64,000 bases of DNA. Source: Planctomycetota bacterium (lineage in GTDB: Bacteria; Planctomycetota; PLA2; JAEUHO01). The notes beneath the pieces were generated by a model that had not been told where the DNA came from, made no database searches, and saw only the letters and a list, made by a program, of their open reading frames with translations. The DNA lies in assembly GCA_965223505.1 (NCBI GenBank), contig CBDCWP010000042.1, positions 64,001-128,000 of the forward strand, in the 5' to 3' direction. Positions within the stretch are counted from its first letter, which is position 1. The number at the start of each line of letters is the position of its first letter. This document shows, one piece after another, positions 10,004-21,006 of the stretch. The position numbers and the translations under genes were made by a program.

Positions 10004-10065
10004 GGTCGCCCAATTGGGCAGCCACAAGACGAAGTCCCTGAGCCTGTCGAAGGAGGCCCCCCTAC
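10004..10065. repeat. Degenerate REP doublet interrupted by a GTCCCTGAGCCTGTCGAAGG segment
   Basis: GGTCGCCC-AATT-GGGCAGCCACAAG matches the 8906 doublet; ends GGCCCCCCTAC. Confidence 0.75.
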
Positions 10066-11960
10066 CGCAGCTCCTGCCGCAGCTGCGTCACACGTTGCTT
10101 CACGTACTTCGCCAGTGGATCCAACGCCACGTAGCGCTCGTACGCCGCCAACGCACCCCGCTTGTCGCCCGACACGTCGCGCGCAGCGCCCAGTCGGAAC
10201 CAGCGCATCTCCTGGTCCGGCGCCGCCGCGACGTCCTCCTCCAGCGCCTCGATCGTCGCCGCGAGCAACGGCCGGTTCTTGCCGAGCCGGGTCCAGTCCG
10301 TCGTCGCCGCCCGCGCGGCCGCGGCCCGCACGCCCGCAGACGGATCCTTCAGCGCGCGCAGGAGCGCTTCGTCAACGGCCTTGCCCGACAGCGCCGCCAG
10401 GGACTCCACCGCCGAACGCCGCACCAGACTGTCGTCATCCCGGGTCAGAACCAGCAACGCGAGCGGATGCTCCTTCGCGTAACGCTCCAGAAGCCGCGCG
10501 GCGGACGCCCGCACGACGCGCGGGTTGCTCTTGCGCCGCGCCGTTTCCACCAGTCCGCGTCCGGCCCCCTTCTCGCCGGCCCGCGCTGCCGCGAGCGCCT
10601 GCTGCCAGGCGTGCGGTCTGGCTTCGGGCCACCACTCCGCGTACGCGCTGCGCAGCTGCTCGGGACCGAGCTTGGGACCGTCATCGGGCGCCCAGAGCGA
10701 ATGCGTGTGGCACCACGTGCAGGCGTCCTGCGCCATGCGGTCGCTCTTCTGATCCAGGAACGGAATGCTGATGGAGTGGTCCGCGACGACGCCGTGCCCG
10801 CGCTCGATCGTCAGGAACGGCATGTGGCACGAAACGCAACGCGCGCCGTCGCCCGCGAGATCGTGATGCGTGTGCGCCTTGCCCATGCGCTTGATCGCCT
10901 CGTGGCACTCCGTGCACATCTCGTCGTTGTCGGGCGAGGTGCGCAGCTGCGAGCGCTCCGCGCTGCCGTGCGGATCGTGACAGGTGATGCACGTCTGCTC
11001 TCCCATCGCGACGCAGCGGCTGGTCGAGAACGGCAGGCCGTCGTAGACCAGCTCCAGCGGTCTTCCGAACGCGTCGATGCGCTCGGGGTCGATCAACAGC
11101 GTCGGGGTCACGAATTCGAAGATGTCGTCCCCGATGGCGAAGTTCGGATCGTCGACCTCGGCCTCCATGTGGCACTGCAGGCAGACACTGACCGCGCGGT
11201 CGCGGGCCAGCTGGTGGTAGAGCGGCATCGGATCGCCGCCCTCGTGCGTCTCGTGGTAGCGGACGTGGCCGGCGCCCGGCCCGTGACAGGACTCGCAGTC
11301 GATGCCGAGCCGGCGATGTTCGGACCGCGAGCCGATCTGGCCGGGCTGCGGCTCGAGCAAGCGCCTGCCGCTGACGTGGCACCGTGCGCACTTCGCGTCC
11401 CATGCGCGCACGGGCCCGGTCCAGAACGACGCCTCGCCCGGCTTCACCACGGGCGGCACGTCCCAGCCGTTCTCGGGCGCGCCGAACAGCAGGTGCGTGT
11501 AGTCGAACCACTGTTGCGTGGGCTCCTCGAGCATGCCGGGCAGCACCTGGGTGCGTCCGTCCGGCAACGTCGCGATGTACATGCGAACGCGCATGCGCCC
11601 GACGACGTGCGAGAGGTGGTACTGCGTCGGTGTCCCGTCCGGCCCGAGCGTCTCGACGAAGAACTTGCCGTCCTTCTTCGAGAAGGTGCTCTTCCCGGGC
11701 GGATGCTCGGCGGTCTCGCCCGCCAACACGGCGGCCGGCATGTTGTCTTCGGACGCGACCTCGACGGTGTTGGCGTGACTGGAGCCCGACCAGAGATCGT
11801 GCGCCGCCTCGTGACAGCGTTTGCAGGTGTCGGCGCCGACGTAGGCGTCGCGGGACGGCACCTTGTCCGGCGCATCCTCGTCCTCTGCGAACACGCGCGA
11901 CGCCCCGAGCCAAAGGCCCGCACAGAGAAGGACGAGGAGGGTGCGACGCAACGCGGTCAT
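10062..11960 (-). CDS. Exported multiheme (8 CxxCH) c-type cytochrome with C-terminal HEAT/TPR repeats
   Basis: CKRCH, CARCH, CESCH, CLQCH, CITCH, CTECH, CVSCH, CTWCH; signal peptide; DDSLVRRSA and DPSAGVRAAA HEAT motifs. Confidence 0.9.
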   Translation of the reverse strand: MTALRRTLLVLLCAGLWLGASRVFAEDEDAPDKVPSRDAYVGADTCKRCHEAAHDLWSGSSHANTVEVASEDNMPAAVLAGETAEHPPGKSTFSKKDGKFFVETLGPDGTPTQYHLSHVVGRMRVRMYIATLPDGRTQVLPGMLEEPTQQWFDYTHLLFGAPENGWDVPPVVKPGEASFWTGPVRAWDAKCARCHVSGRRLLEPQPGQIGSRSEHRRLGIDCESCHGPGAGHVRYHETHEGGDPMPLYHQLARDRAVSVCLQCHMEAEVDDPNFAIGDDIFEFVTPTLLIDPERIDAFGRPLELVYDGLPFSTSRCVAMGEQTCITCHDPHGSAERSQLRTSPDNDEMCTECHEAIKRMGKAHTHHDLAGDGARCVSCHMPFLTIERGHGVVADHSISIPFLDQKSDRMAQDACTWCHTHSLWAPDDGPKLGPEQLRSAYAEWWPEARPHAWQQALAAARAGEKGAGRGLVETARRKSNPRVVRASAARLLERYAKEHPLALLVLTRDDDSLVRRSAVESLAALSGKAVDEALLRALKDPSAGVRAAAARAATTDWTRLGKNRPLLAATIEALEEDVAAAPDQEMRWFRLGAARDVSGDKRGALAAYERYVALDPLAKYVKQRVTQLRQELR

Positions 11961-12018
11961 GGGCGCTGCAGCATACTCGGTTCGCGCGCGCCGAGGCACG
12001 GCAGTCCCACGACGAACG

Positions 12019-12723
12019 TCATCGATGCAAGACGCCGTACTTCCAAATGCACCACAGCGCCTTCAGGCCGTCGCGCCAGCCGATCTTCTTCCCCTCCGCG
12101 TACGTACGCCCTTGGTAGGAGATCGGTACCTCGTAAATTCTCGCACCGGCGCGCGCCAGCTTGGACGTGAGCTCGGGCTCGAAGCCGAAGCGATCCTGTG
12201 TGAGGTGCAACGACTGGAAGAGCTCCCGACGGACGGCCTTGTAGCAGGTCTCCATGTCCGTCAGGTTCAGGTCCGTCGCGAAGTTGCTGAGCACCGTCAG
12301 GAAGCCGTTCCCGAGCCGGTGCCAGTAGTACAGCACGCGCGCACCGCCCCCGAGGAAGCGGCTGCCGAACACGGCGTCCGCCTGTCCGTTGAGGATCGGC
12401 GCGAGCAGACGCGGATACTCGGCCGGGTCGTACTCGAGGTCGGCATCCTGGATGACGACGATCCGCCCGCGCGCGTACTGGAGCCCGGTGCGCACGGCCG
12501 CGCCCTTGCCGCGGTTCTTGTCGTGGAAGTGAACCTGGAGGTCGTCCGCCTCGAGCGAGGGCAGGTGCTCCCGGGTCCCGTCGGTGGAGAAGTCGTCGAC
12601 GAGGATGAGCTCCTTCTCGACCGGTGATGCGCGCACGCGACGAACCAGCTCGTCGATCGTGGCCGCCTCGTTGAACACGGGGATCACGACGCTCAGCACG
12701 GGGGGGTCGGTTCGTTCGGTCAT
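12019..12723 (-). CDS. Glycosyltransferase family 2 (DPM1-like)
   Basis: [42 protein letters not shown]. Confidence 0.93.
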   Translation of the reverse strand: MTERTDPPVLSVVIPVFNEAATIDELVRRVRASPVEKELILVDDFSTDGTREHLPSLEADDLQVHFHDKNRGKGAAVRTGLQYARGRIVVIQDADLEYDPAEYPRLLAPILNGQADAVFGSRFLGGGARVLYYWHRLGNGFLTVLSNFATDLNLTDMETCYKAVRRELFQSLHLTQDRFGFEPELTSKLARAGARIYEVPISYQGRTYAEGKKIGWRDGLKALWCIWKYGVLHR

Positions 12724-12729
12724 GTTCGT

Positions 12730-14184
12730 TCAGTCGTTGGACTGCATGCGCAGCACGAGATATCTCCCGACGCGTGTCACGAGCTCCTGCCGAAAGATGC
12801 CCGCGCCCTCCAAAGTCGCGATCTCGCTGATCTTACTCGCCTCTCCTTTGCGTGGCGCGGCCGCGACGAGGGCAAACGGCTTTCCGGCCGGGTACTGGCC
12901 CGCCGGAAAGGTGAAGAGACGCCGCAGGTCGTCTGCGGTTCGTTCGGAAGGGTAGCGGCGAAGCGTCCAGACTCGCGCGCTTGGAATCACGTCCGCCATC
13001 GAGCACTGCAGCGCCGGCTCGTCGTGATGAACGTCGAGGACGATCCAGGCCGAGTCCCCGACGGCGGCGCGCGCGGTCGTCATGACGTCGCGCGACCAGC
13101 GCAGGTGCGTGTTGCGGTCGGCGTCGAGACCGAAAAGGCGCGACCCTTCGGGCACGAACGCGAGGACGACGAACACGACTGCGACGGCCCGCGGCATGAG
13201 ACGCAGCCACTCCCACCGAAGGCGACGTACGCCGGTCAGCCCCGCCGCCAGGAGCAGCGGAACGAGGGCGATGCCCGATGCCCGTCCCGGCTCCCAGTCG
13301 AAGTGAAGCCACCCGGCCGCCGCCAACAGGGCGACATGCAGGCCGCCCCCCACGATCCACGCCCGCGTCAAACCCTGTTCGTCGCCGCGCCAGCGCCGCG
13401 ACGCTCCGCTCGGAATCGCCGGCGTGAAAACGTACGCGGCCGCCATGAGCAGCCAAAGGACCGTTGCCATGCCCCACTGCGCGGCGCTCTCGCCGTGAAG
13501 GAGCAGCGCGCGGAAGGCGAGGATGTGCAGCACGGCGCCGATGGCGGCCAAGGCCCACCCCACGCGCCGTCGCGGCTCGTGCAGCAGGAAGAAGAGGAAC
13601 AGCAGCGGCGCGTACGGCGCGACGCCCGCGTGCACGTACGGCAGGACCCAGCTCAGAACGGCGCCGCCCCTTCGCGCGACGGCGCCGTGTGCGAGCAACC
13701 ACAGCACGAGCAGGAGCCACACGACGCCCACGCCCGCCGTTCCCGGCGCGGCGCCGCCGACGTGCCACAGCACCGCCGGATGGAGCGCGGTGAGCAGGCC
13801 GGTCCAGCGTGCGGTCGCGGCGTGCGCGCCGACGCGGAAGAGCACGGCCATCGTCAGGAGCCCGATGAGGATGCCGCAGATCGCGTCGATCCAACGCAGG
13901 GCGCCGGTCGGCGACGCGCCCATCTCGATCGCGATCGCCACGAGCACCGGTACGACGGGGCGATCTGCCGACGGGACGCCGCCCTGCTCCGACGCGAGAC
14001 GGTCGCCGAGCGAAGCCACGCGCGCCGCGGCGCCGTCGACGGGCAGATCGACGGACATCGTTCGCGCGAGGAACCCGATCGCGACGATGACGGCGACCGT
14101 GGCCCAGGTCAGACCGCGGCTCGGCAGCCGCACGCGCAGAAGGAAGTCCTTCTCGCTCTCCTCGCTGTCGCGGCGTTCGTTCAC
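12730..14184 (-). CDS. Multi-pass membrane protein, possibly a divergent GT-C/PMT-like transferase
   Basis: About 10 hydrophobic segments, LLTALHP motif; lies within glycosylation operon. Confidence 0.55.
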   Translation of the reverse strand: MNERRDSEESEKDFLLRVRLPSRGLTWATVAVIVAIGFLARTMSVDLPVDGAAARVASLGDRLASEQGGVPSADRPVVPVLVAIAIEMGASPTGALRWIDAICGILIGLLTMAVLFRVGAHAATARWTGLLTALHPAVLWHVGGAAPGTAGVGVVWLLLVLWLLAHGAVARRGGAVLSWVLPYVHAGVAPYAPLLFLFFLLHEPRRRVGWALAAIGAVLHILAFRALLLHGESAAQWGMATVLWLLMAAAYVFTPAIPSGASRRWRGDEQGLTRAWIVGGGLHVALLAAAGWLHFDWEPGRASGIALVPLLLAAGLTGVRRLRWEWLRLMPRAVAVVFVVLAFVPEGSRLFGLDADRNTHLRWSRDVMTTARAAVGDSAWIVLDVHHDEPALQCSMADVIPSARVWTLRRYPSERTADDLRRLFTFPAGQYPAGKPFALVAAAPRKGEASKISEIATLEGAGIFRQELVTRVGRYLVLRMQSND

Positions 14185-14205
14185 AACCGAAGAATCGGTG
14201 CGTCG

Positions 14206-15177
14206 CTACGTGTACTTCTTCGGAACCTTCACGCCCTTGCCGAGATTCTTGCGGTACCACAGCAGACACTTCGCGAGGCCCTCGGCCAGACTCACGCGCG
14301 GCCGGTACCCGAGCACCTCCTGCGCCTTGATGGTCTCCGCGAGGCTGTGCCGCACGTCGGCGGGACGCGCGTCCTCGAAGTCGGGCGTGATTTCCTCGTC
14401 GAGCAACGTGCTCAGGTACGTGAGAAGGCCGACGACGCTCATGCGGCTGCCGGATGCGATGTTGAAGACCTCGCCCTCGGCTTTCGGCGCCGTGCACGCG
14501 AGTCGAAACGCCTCGACGACGTCGCTCACGTGGACGAAGTCACGCGACTGCTTGCCGTCGCCGTACACCTTCGGGTTCTGTCCCTTGAGCGCGGCCGCAC
14601 AGAAGCGCGCGATGACGCCGCCGTAAGGTCCTTCGTGACTCTGGCGCGGGCCGTAGACGTTGAAGAGCCGCAGGCACACCGTCTCCAGCCGGTACGTCAT
14701 GTAGAAGACGCGTGACAGCTCCTCGCCCATGAGCGCCGCGGCGCCGTACGGGCTGTACGGAGCGGCGAGCATGGTCTCTTCCTTCGGCAGCACGGGGCTC
14801 TCCCCGTAGACGGCGCAGGACGAGGCGTAGATGAAGCGCTTGACCTTGAGATCGCGGGCCGCGCTGAGCGCGTTGAGCGTGCCGCGAAACGACACGTCCA
14901 GCGTCGGCTCCGGGTTCTTGACCGACAGTTCCACGCTGGGGAGCGCCGCCAGGTGCAGCACGAAGTCGCACCCGCGCATCGCCTTGCGCAGCGCCTTCTC
15001 GTCGCGGACGTCGCCCTCGACGAGGCGTACCTCGGTCTGCTTGTAGTCCTGAACGTTCTTCTTCGACCCCGACGAAAGGTCGTCGTAGACGACGACTTTG
15101 TCCCCGCTGGCCACCAACCCCTCGACAAGGTTGCTGCCGACGAAGCCGGCGCCACCGGTCACGAGGTACTTCGCCAT
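14206..15177 (-). CDS. NAD-dependent sugar epimerase/dehydratase (extended SDR)
   Basis: LVTGGAGFVGS, YASSCAVYG, SPYGAAA, RLFNVYGPRQ, GKQSRDFVHV. Confidence 0.92.
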   Translation of the reverse strand: MAKYLVTGGAGFVGSNLVEGLVASGDKVVVYDDLSSGSKKNVQDYKQTEVRLVEGDVRDEKALRKAMRGCDFVLHLAALPSVELSVKNPEPTLDVSFRGTLNALSAARDLKVKRFIYASSCAVYGESPVLPKEETMLAAPYSPYGAAALMGEELSRVFYMTYRLETVCLRLFNVYGPRQSHEGPYGGVIARFCAAALKGQNPKVYGDGKQSRDFVHVSDVVEAFRLACTAPKAEGEVFNIASGSRMSVVGLLTYLSTLLDEEITPDFEDARPADVRHSLAETIKAQEVLGYRPRVSLAEGLAKCLLWYRKNLGKGVKVPKKYT

Positions 15178-15325
15178 GGGTGCTCCCGAACGTGAGGAAA
15201 TGCGGCGTCCCGCAGGGGCCCTCCGGCCGCGTTTGGGCCGCGGAAGGCAAATGGGTGCCGCAAGGTAGTCGGCAGGGCCCCTTTCGAACAAGCAATTGCC
15301 CGATCCGAAACGCGCTGTCGGGGCC

Positions 15326-16468
15326 CTACAGCAAGCCCCGCACCTCGTCCCAAACCGCAGAACGGCGCGGCTCGTGCGCGCCGTGGGCAATTCCGCCGAG
15401 CCAGTCCCGGACGATCCGCTCGGCGGCGTGCCCGTCCCACGCGCGGGGCCGCCGCCGCAGGCGCAGCGGCTGATCGAGGGCCCGGCGAACGGTGGCGGCC
15501 AGCTTGCGCGGATCGTTGCCGGCGAGGCGATTGCCTCCATGGCTCAAGGTGAGCCGGTGCTCGGTGCGGTCGCGCGCCGTGACGCAGGGCACCCCGAGCA
15601 GCGCCGCCTCGACCTGAAGACCGCCCGAGTCGGTCACCACCGCAGCGGCGTTCGCGACGGTCGCCAGGAAGGTCAGGTACGGAGCGGGTGCGGTCCGCAG
15701 CAGCCCGGACGCGCTCGCGCCGGCGCGCGGCAGCTGCTTGGCGGTGCGCGGATGCACCGGAAACACGACCGGGATGCGCCGCGAGACCGTTTCGAGGGCG
15801 CGCACGTAGGCGGCGAGCCGTCGGGGATCGTCGACGTTGGCTTGGCGGTGGAGCGTCGCGACCACGTATCCGCCCAGGCCGAACCGACGTTCCGCCTGCA
15901 CGCGCATGGCGGCGAGCGCCGGCCGCACGGCGTGCAGCGCGTCCGCCATCACGTTGCCGGGCTTGCGGATCCTGCGCAGCGCGATGCCCTCGCGACGGCA
16001 GTTTGGCTCCGCCTGGGGCTCGCTCAGATGCAGACGGTCGCTCAGCGCGTCGACGAGCACGCGATTGCGCTCCTCGGGCATCGACCGGTCCCGCGCGCGC
16101 AGTCCCGCCTCCACGTGCGCGAGCGGCGCGCGCAGCCGCCGCGCGGCCAGCGCCCCGGCGACCGTCGTGTCGACGTCGCCCACCACGACGACCAGGCCGG
16201 GCTTCAGTTCCGCCAGGGTCGTCGTCAATCGATCGGTCAACGTGGCGATACGGCGTGGCCCCGGTGCAGGCGATCGAAGCGTGGCGACCGGCGGCGGCAG
16301 CGCGAGGTCGTCCGTCATGTTCGCGCTCATCGCGCGCGCGGTGTGTTGGCCGCTGTGGATCCACTTCAACGCGCGCCCACGGGCACGAGAGGCACGGACG
16401 AGCGGCGCGAGCTTGACGAAGTTGGGTCGCGCCCCGCAGACGGCGATCCACGGGCCGCGGCGCGTCAA
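15326..16468 (-). CDS. wecB: UDP-N-acetylglucosamine 2-epimerase (non-hydrolysing)
   Basis: GARPNFVK, HSGQH, HVEAGLR, MPEERNR, TDSGGLQVEA. Confidence 0.92.
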   Translation of the reverse strand: MTRRGPWIAVCGARPNFVKLAPLVRASRARGRALKWIHSGQHTARAMSANMTDDLALPPPVATLRSPAPGPRRIATLTDRLTTTLAELKPGLVVVVGDVDTTVAGALAARRLRAPLAHVEAGLRARDRSMPEERNRVLVDALSDRLHLSEPQAEPNCRREGIALRRIRKPGNVMADALHAVRPALAAMRVQAERRFGLGGYVVATLHRQANVDDPRRLAAYVRALETVSRRIPVVFPVHPRTAKQLPRAGASASGLLRTAPAPYLTFLATVANAAAVVTDSGGLQVEAALLGVPCVTARDRTEHRLTLSHGGNRLAGNDPRKLAATVRRALDQPLRLRRRPRAWDGHAAERIVRDWLGGIAHGAHEPRRSAVWDEVRGLL

Positions 16469-17412
16469 GGCTGCGCGCTCGCCGCTGCGCCGCTACGGAA
16501 CCATTCGACCGTGCGCTCGAGCCCCTCGCGCAACGACGTTCGCGGCGCCCACCCGAGCGCGCGCAGGCGCGTCAGGTCGGGCTCCCGCCGCTTCGGGTCG
16601 TCGGGGTTCGGATCTGCGTAGGTGACGTGCGAACTGGTGCCGCACACGTCGATGAGCGTGTGCGCGAAGTCCAGAATGGTCATCTCGCCCTCGCCGCCGA
16701 CGTTGTAGGGCATGTGGTCGCCGTGATCGAGCACCGCCAGCACGCCCCGGACCGTGTCGTCCACGTAGCTGAACGTACGTGTCTGCGAGCCGTCGCCGTG
16801 GACGGGCAGCGGCTCCCCGCGCTCGACCGCGTCGACGAATGCCGGAATCACCCGACCGTCGTTCAGTCGCATGCGCGGTCCGTACGTGTTGAAGAGCCGC
16901 ACGATCTTGGTCTGGACGCCGTGGATCTTGCGATACGCCATCGTCATCGCCTCGGCGAAGCGCTTCGACTCGTCGTAGCAGCTGCGCTCGCCGATCGGGT
17001 TGACCCTGCCCCAGTACGACTCGGGCTGCGGGGTGACCTCCGGATCCCCGTAGACCTCGCTCGTGCTCGCCAGCATGTAGATCGCGCCGTTCGCCCGCGC
17101 CAGCTCCAGACTGTTCACGGTGCCGGCCGACCCGACCAGCAGCGTCTCGATCGGATACTTGAAGTAGTCCACGGGCGACGCGGGGCTCGCAAAGTGGAGC
17201 ACGGCGTCCACCGGCCCCTCGACATCGAGGCCCTCGGAGACGTCCTGTTCGACGAGATGAAAGTCGCCGCGATCGATCAGGTGCGCGACGTTGCGGTGGT
17301 GCCCGGTGATGAAGTTGTCGACGGCGGTCACCCGGTCGCCGCGGGCCAGCAGCGCATCGATCAGGTGCGATCCGACGAATCCAGCCCCGCCGGTGACTAC
17401 GACATGCGTCAC
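16465..17412 (-). CDS. UDP-glucuronate decarboxylase family SDR
   Basis: VTGGAGFVGSHL, FASPASPVDY, STSEVYGDP, RSCYDESKR; GTG start at 17412 with GAGGAG RBS. Confidence 0.92.
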   Translation of the reverse strand: MTHVVVTGGAGFVGSHLIDALLARGDRVTAVDNFITGHHRNVAHLIDRGDFHLVEQDVSEGLDVEGPVDAVLHFASPASPVDYFKYPIETLLVGSAGTVNSLELARANGAIYMLASTSEVYGDPEVTPQPESYWGRVNPIGERSCYDESKRFAEAMTMAYRKIHGVQTKIVRLFNTYGPRMRLNDGRVIPAFVDAVERGEPLPVHGDGSQTRTFSYVDDTVRGVLAVLDHGDHMPYNVGGEGEMTILDFAHTLIDVCGTSSHVTYADPNPDDPKRREPDLTRLRALGWAPRTSLREGLERTVEWFRSGAAASAQP

Positions 17413-17422
17413 GCGCCCCTCC

Positions 17423-18763
<1,341 letters not shown>

Positions 18764-18771
18764 GAGGCGAC

Positions 18772-19242
18772 TCAGGCAACCTTGACGCGGAACAGCGGTT
18801 GGTCGAACTCGACCGGCTCCCCGTCTTCGACCAGGATCTCGACGATCTCACCGTCCATCTCGGCCTTGATCTCGTTGTTGACCTTCATCGCCTCCACGAT
18901 GCAGACGATGGTCTCGCCGTTGACGTGCTCGCCGATGTTGGTGTACGGGTCGGCGTCGGGGCTGGGCCGACGGTAGAACGTGCCGACCATCGGAGAGACG
19001 ATCTCGCGTGTGCCCGCCGGCGGCCCGGCCGGCTCCGCCGGTTCCGGTACGCTCGGGGCATCGGCCGGGGCCGGGGCCGGGTGCACGGCATGCGGCAACG
19101 CGTATTGCGGCGGCGCGGCCGGGGCGACGCCCCCACCGTCCTTGCGCAGGGTCACGCGCTTGCCCTCTTCTTCGATCTCGAGCTCGAGGAGATCGTTGTC
19201 GTTCATCAGCTGAACGAGCTTCTTGAGCTCTCGAAAGTCCAT
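18772..19242 (-). CDS. accB: Biotin carboxyl carrier protein
   Basis: SPMVGTFYR, EAMK biotinylation motif, Pro/Ala linker. Confidence 0.97.
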   Translation of the reverse strand: MDFRELKKLVQLMNDNDLLELEIEEEGKRVTLRKDGGGVAPAAPPQYALPHAVHPAPAPADAPSVPEPAEPAGPPAGTREIVSPMVGTFYRRPSPDADPYTNIGEHVNGETIVCIVEAMKVNNEIKAEMDGEIVEILVEDGEPVEFDQPLFRVKVA

Positions 19243-19407
19243 CTAGGCTCCCGGTGACGTGCCCGCCTCACGCGCGACCCATGATTGTGCGCGTCCTGCC
19301 TGGCGAGCGCAACTCCTGCCGCGTAGGTCCAGCGCGCCGCGCGTGGACACGACGCGTTTCGTAAGGCTATGTCGGGCCAGATCTTACGTGGAACGAGCCG
19401 CGGCGCT

Positions 19408-20424
19408 TCACGTCGTCGCGGCGCGCTGCGTTCGAAAGACGTGTTCGGCGATCTCCACCGCGTTCAGCGCCGCCCCCTTGCGGAGTTGGTCGCCGGTCAG
19501 CCACAGGTCGATGGCCCGCTCGTGTCCCGGGTCGCGGCGCACCCGCCCCACCAGGACGGCGTCGCGGTCCGAGGCATCACGGGGCGTGGGGAACGCCATC
19601 GATGCCGGATCGTCCACGACCTCCACCCCCGGCGCCCTCGCCAGGATCTCGCGAACCTCGTCCGGCGAGACCGGACGCTCGAACTCGATGTTCACGGCCT
19701 CGCTGTGCGCCCGCCGCACCGGAACGCGGACGCACGTGCAGCTCACGGCGAGATCGGGACGTTCCAGGATCCGGCGCGTCTCGCGCACCATCTTCCACTC
19801 CTCCGTCGTGAGGCCGCCCTCGGCGAAGGCCTGCACGAACGGGATCGCGTTGGCGTGAATCGGGACCGGGTACGCCTCCGTCACGAGCGGCTCGCCGCTT
19901 CGATCCGCTTCGATCTGCTCTTCCAGCTCGCGAAGCCCGGCGGCGCCCGAACCGGAGACCGCCTGGTAGGTCGAGACGACGACGCGCTTCACGGGCACGG
20001 CCCGTTCGAGCGGTCCGAGCACCATCACCATGATGATCGTCGAGCAGTTCGGATTCGCAATGATGCCCTTGTGCCGCATCGCGGCATCGCCGTTCACCTG
20101 CGGCACCACCAACGGAACGTCGGGATCCATTCGAAACGCGGACGAGTTGTCGATGACGAGCGCGCCTTCGCTCGCCGCGCGGCGCGCCTGGTCCTTTTGG
20201 GACGACCCGGCCGAGAAGAACGCGACGTCGACGCCGTCAAAGCTCGCGGTGGCCAGGTCCTCGACGACGATCGACGCGCCGTCGAAGTCGATCGTCTTGC
20301 CGGCGGATCGCGCGGAGGCCATCAGGCGCAGCGACGTCATCGGGAACGCGCGTTCCTTCAGGATGCGTAGGAACTCCTGCCCGACGACCCCGGTGGCTCC
20401 GGCAACGGCGACGTGAAACGACAT
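19408..20424 (-). CDS. asd: Aspartate-semialdehyde dehydrogenase
   Basis: GATGVVG, DNSSAFRM, IIANPNCSTI, STYQAVSGSG, LRKGAALNAV. Confidence 0.97.
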   Translation of the reverse strand: MSFHVAVAGATGVVGQEFLRILKERAFPMTSLRLMASARSAGKTIDFDGASIVVEDLATASFDGVDVAFFSAGSSQKDQARRAASEGALVIDNSSAFRMDPDVPLVVPQVNGDAAMRHKGIIANPNCSTIIMVMVLGPLERAVPVKRVVVSTYQAVSGSGAAGLRELEEQIEADRSGEPLVTEAYPVPIHANAIPFVQAFAEGGLTTEEWKMVRETRRILERPDLAVSCTCVRVPVRRAHSEAVNIEFERPVSPDEVREILARAPGVEVVDDPASMAFPTPRDASDRDAVLVGRVRRDPGHERAIDLWLTGDQLRKGAALNAVEIAEHVFRTQRAATT

Positions 20425-20435
20425 GACTCTACACC

Positions 20436-20936
20436 TCAGCTGTCTTCGTTGGGTGCAACCGCGTCACGTTGCCAGTGACCGGACTTGCCGCCCACCTTTT
20501 CCACGAGCCGAATCGACGCGATGGACGCGGAACGGTCCACGCCCTTGACCATGTCGTACAGCGCAAGCGCCGCGACCGCGGCAGCCGTGAGCGCTTCCAT
20601 CTCGACGCCGGTTCGGTCGATGGCGCGCACCTCGGTACGAATCTCGACGCGATCGCTCGCCGGCGTCAGGTCCACGCGCACGTCCTGGATCCGAAGCGGG
20701 TGGCAGAGCGGAATCAGGTCGGCGGTCTTCTTCGCGCCCTGGATGCCGGCGATGCGGGCCACGGCGAGCGCGTCCCCCTTGGTCAGCGTTCCCCCGTCGA
20801 CGGCTGCGACGGTCTCGGGCCGCATGTGCACCGCGGCCTTCGCCACGGCGCGCCTGGCCGTCTCCGGTTTCGCGGAGACGTCGACCATGGACGCGCGGCC
20901 TTCGTCGTCGAGATGGGTCAGCTTGGGCTCGGACAT
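20436..20936 (-). CDS. moaC: Cyclic pyranopterin monophosphate synthase
   Basis: LTHLD, MVDVSAK, LIPLCHP, TGVEMEALT, YDMVK, GGKSG; alternative start at 20945. Confidence 0.97.
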   Translation of the reverse strand: MSEPKLTHLDDEGRASMVDVSAKPETARRAVAKAAVHMRPETVAAVDGGTLTKGDALAVARIAGIQGAKKTADLIPLCHPLRIQDVRVDLTPASDRVEIRTEVRAIDRTGVEMEALTAAAVAALALYDMVKGVDRSASIASIRLVEKVGGKSGHWQRDAVAPNEDS

Positions 20937-21006
20937 CGGGCCCATGGTACCGCCGCGGCCTCGCCGCCGCCGCTAACGCGCGCCCGTGGCAGGCGTCTGT
21001 CTGGTC

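Noticed and set aside
19243..19407. ncRNA or riboswitch between asd and accB
   Set aside because: No recognisable motif or convincing structure; probably a plain promoter region.
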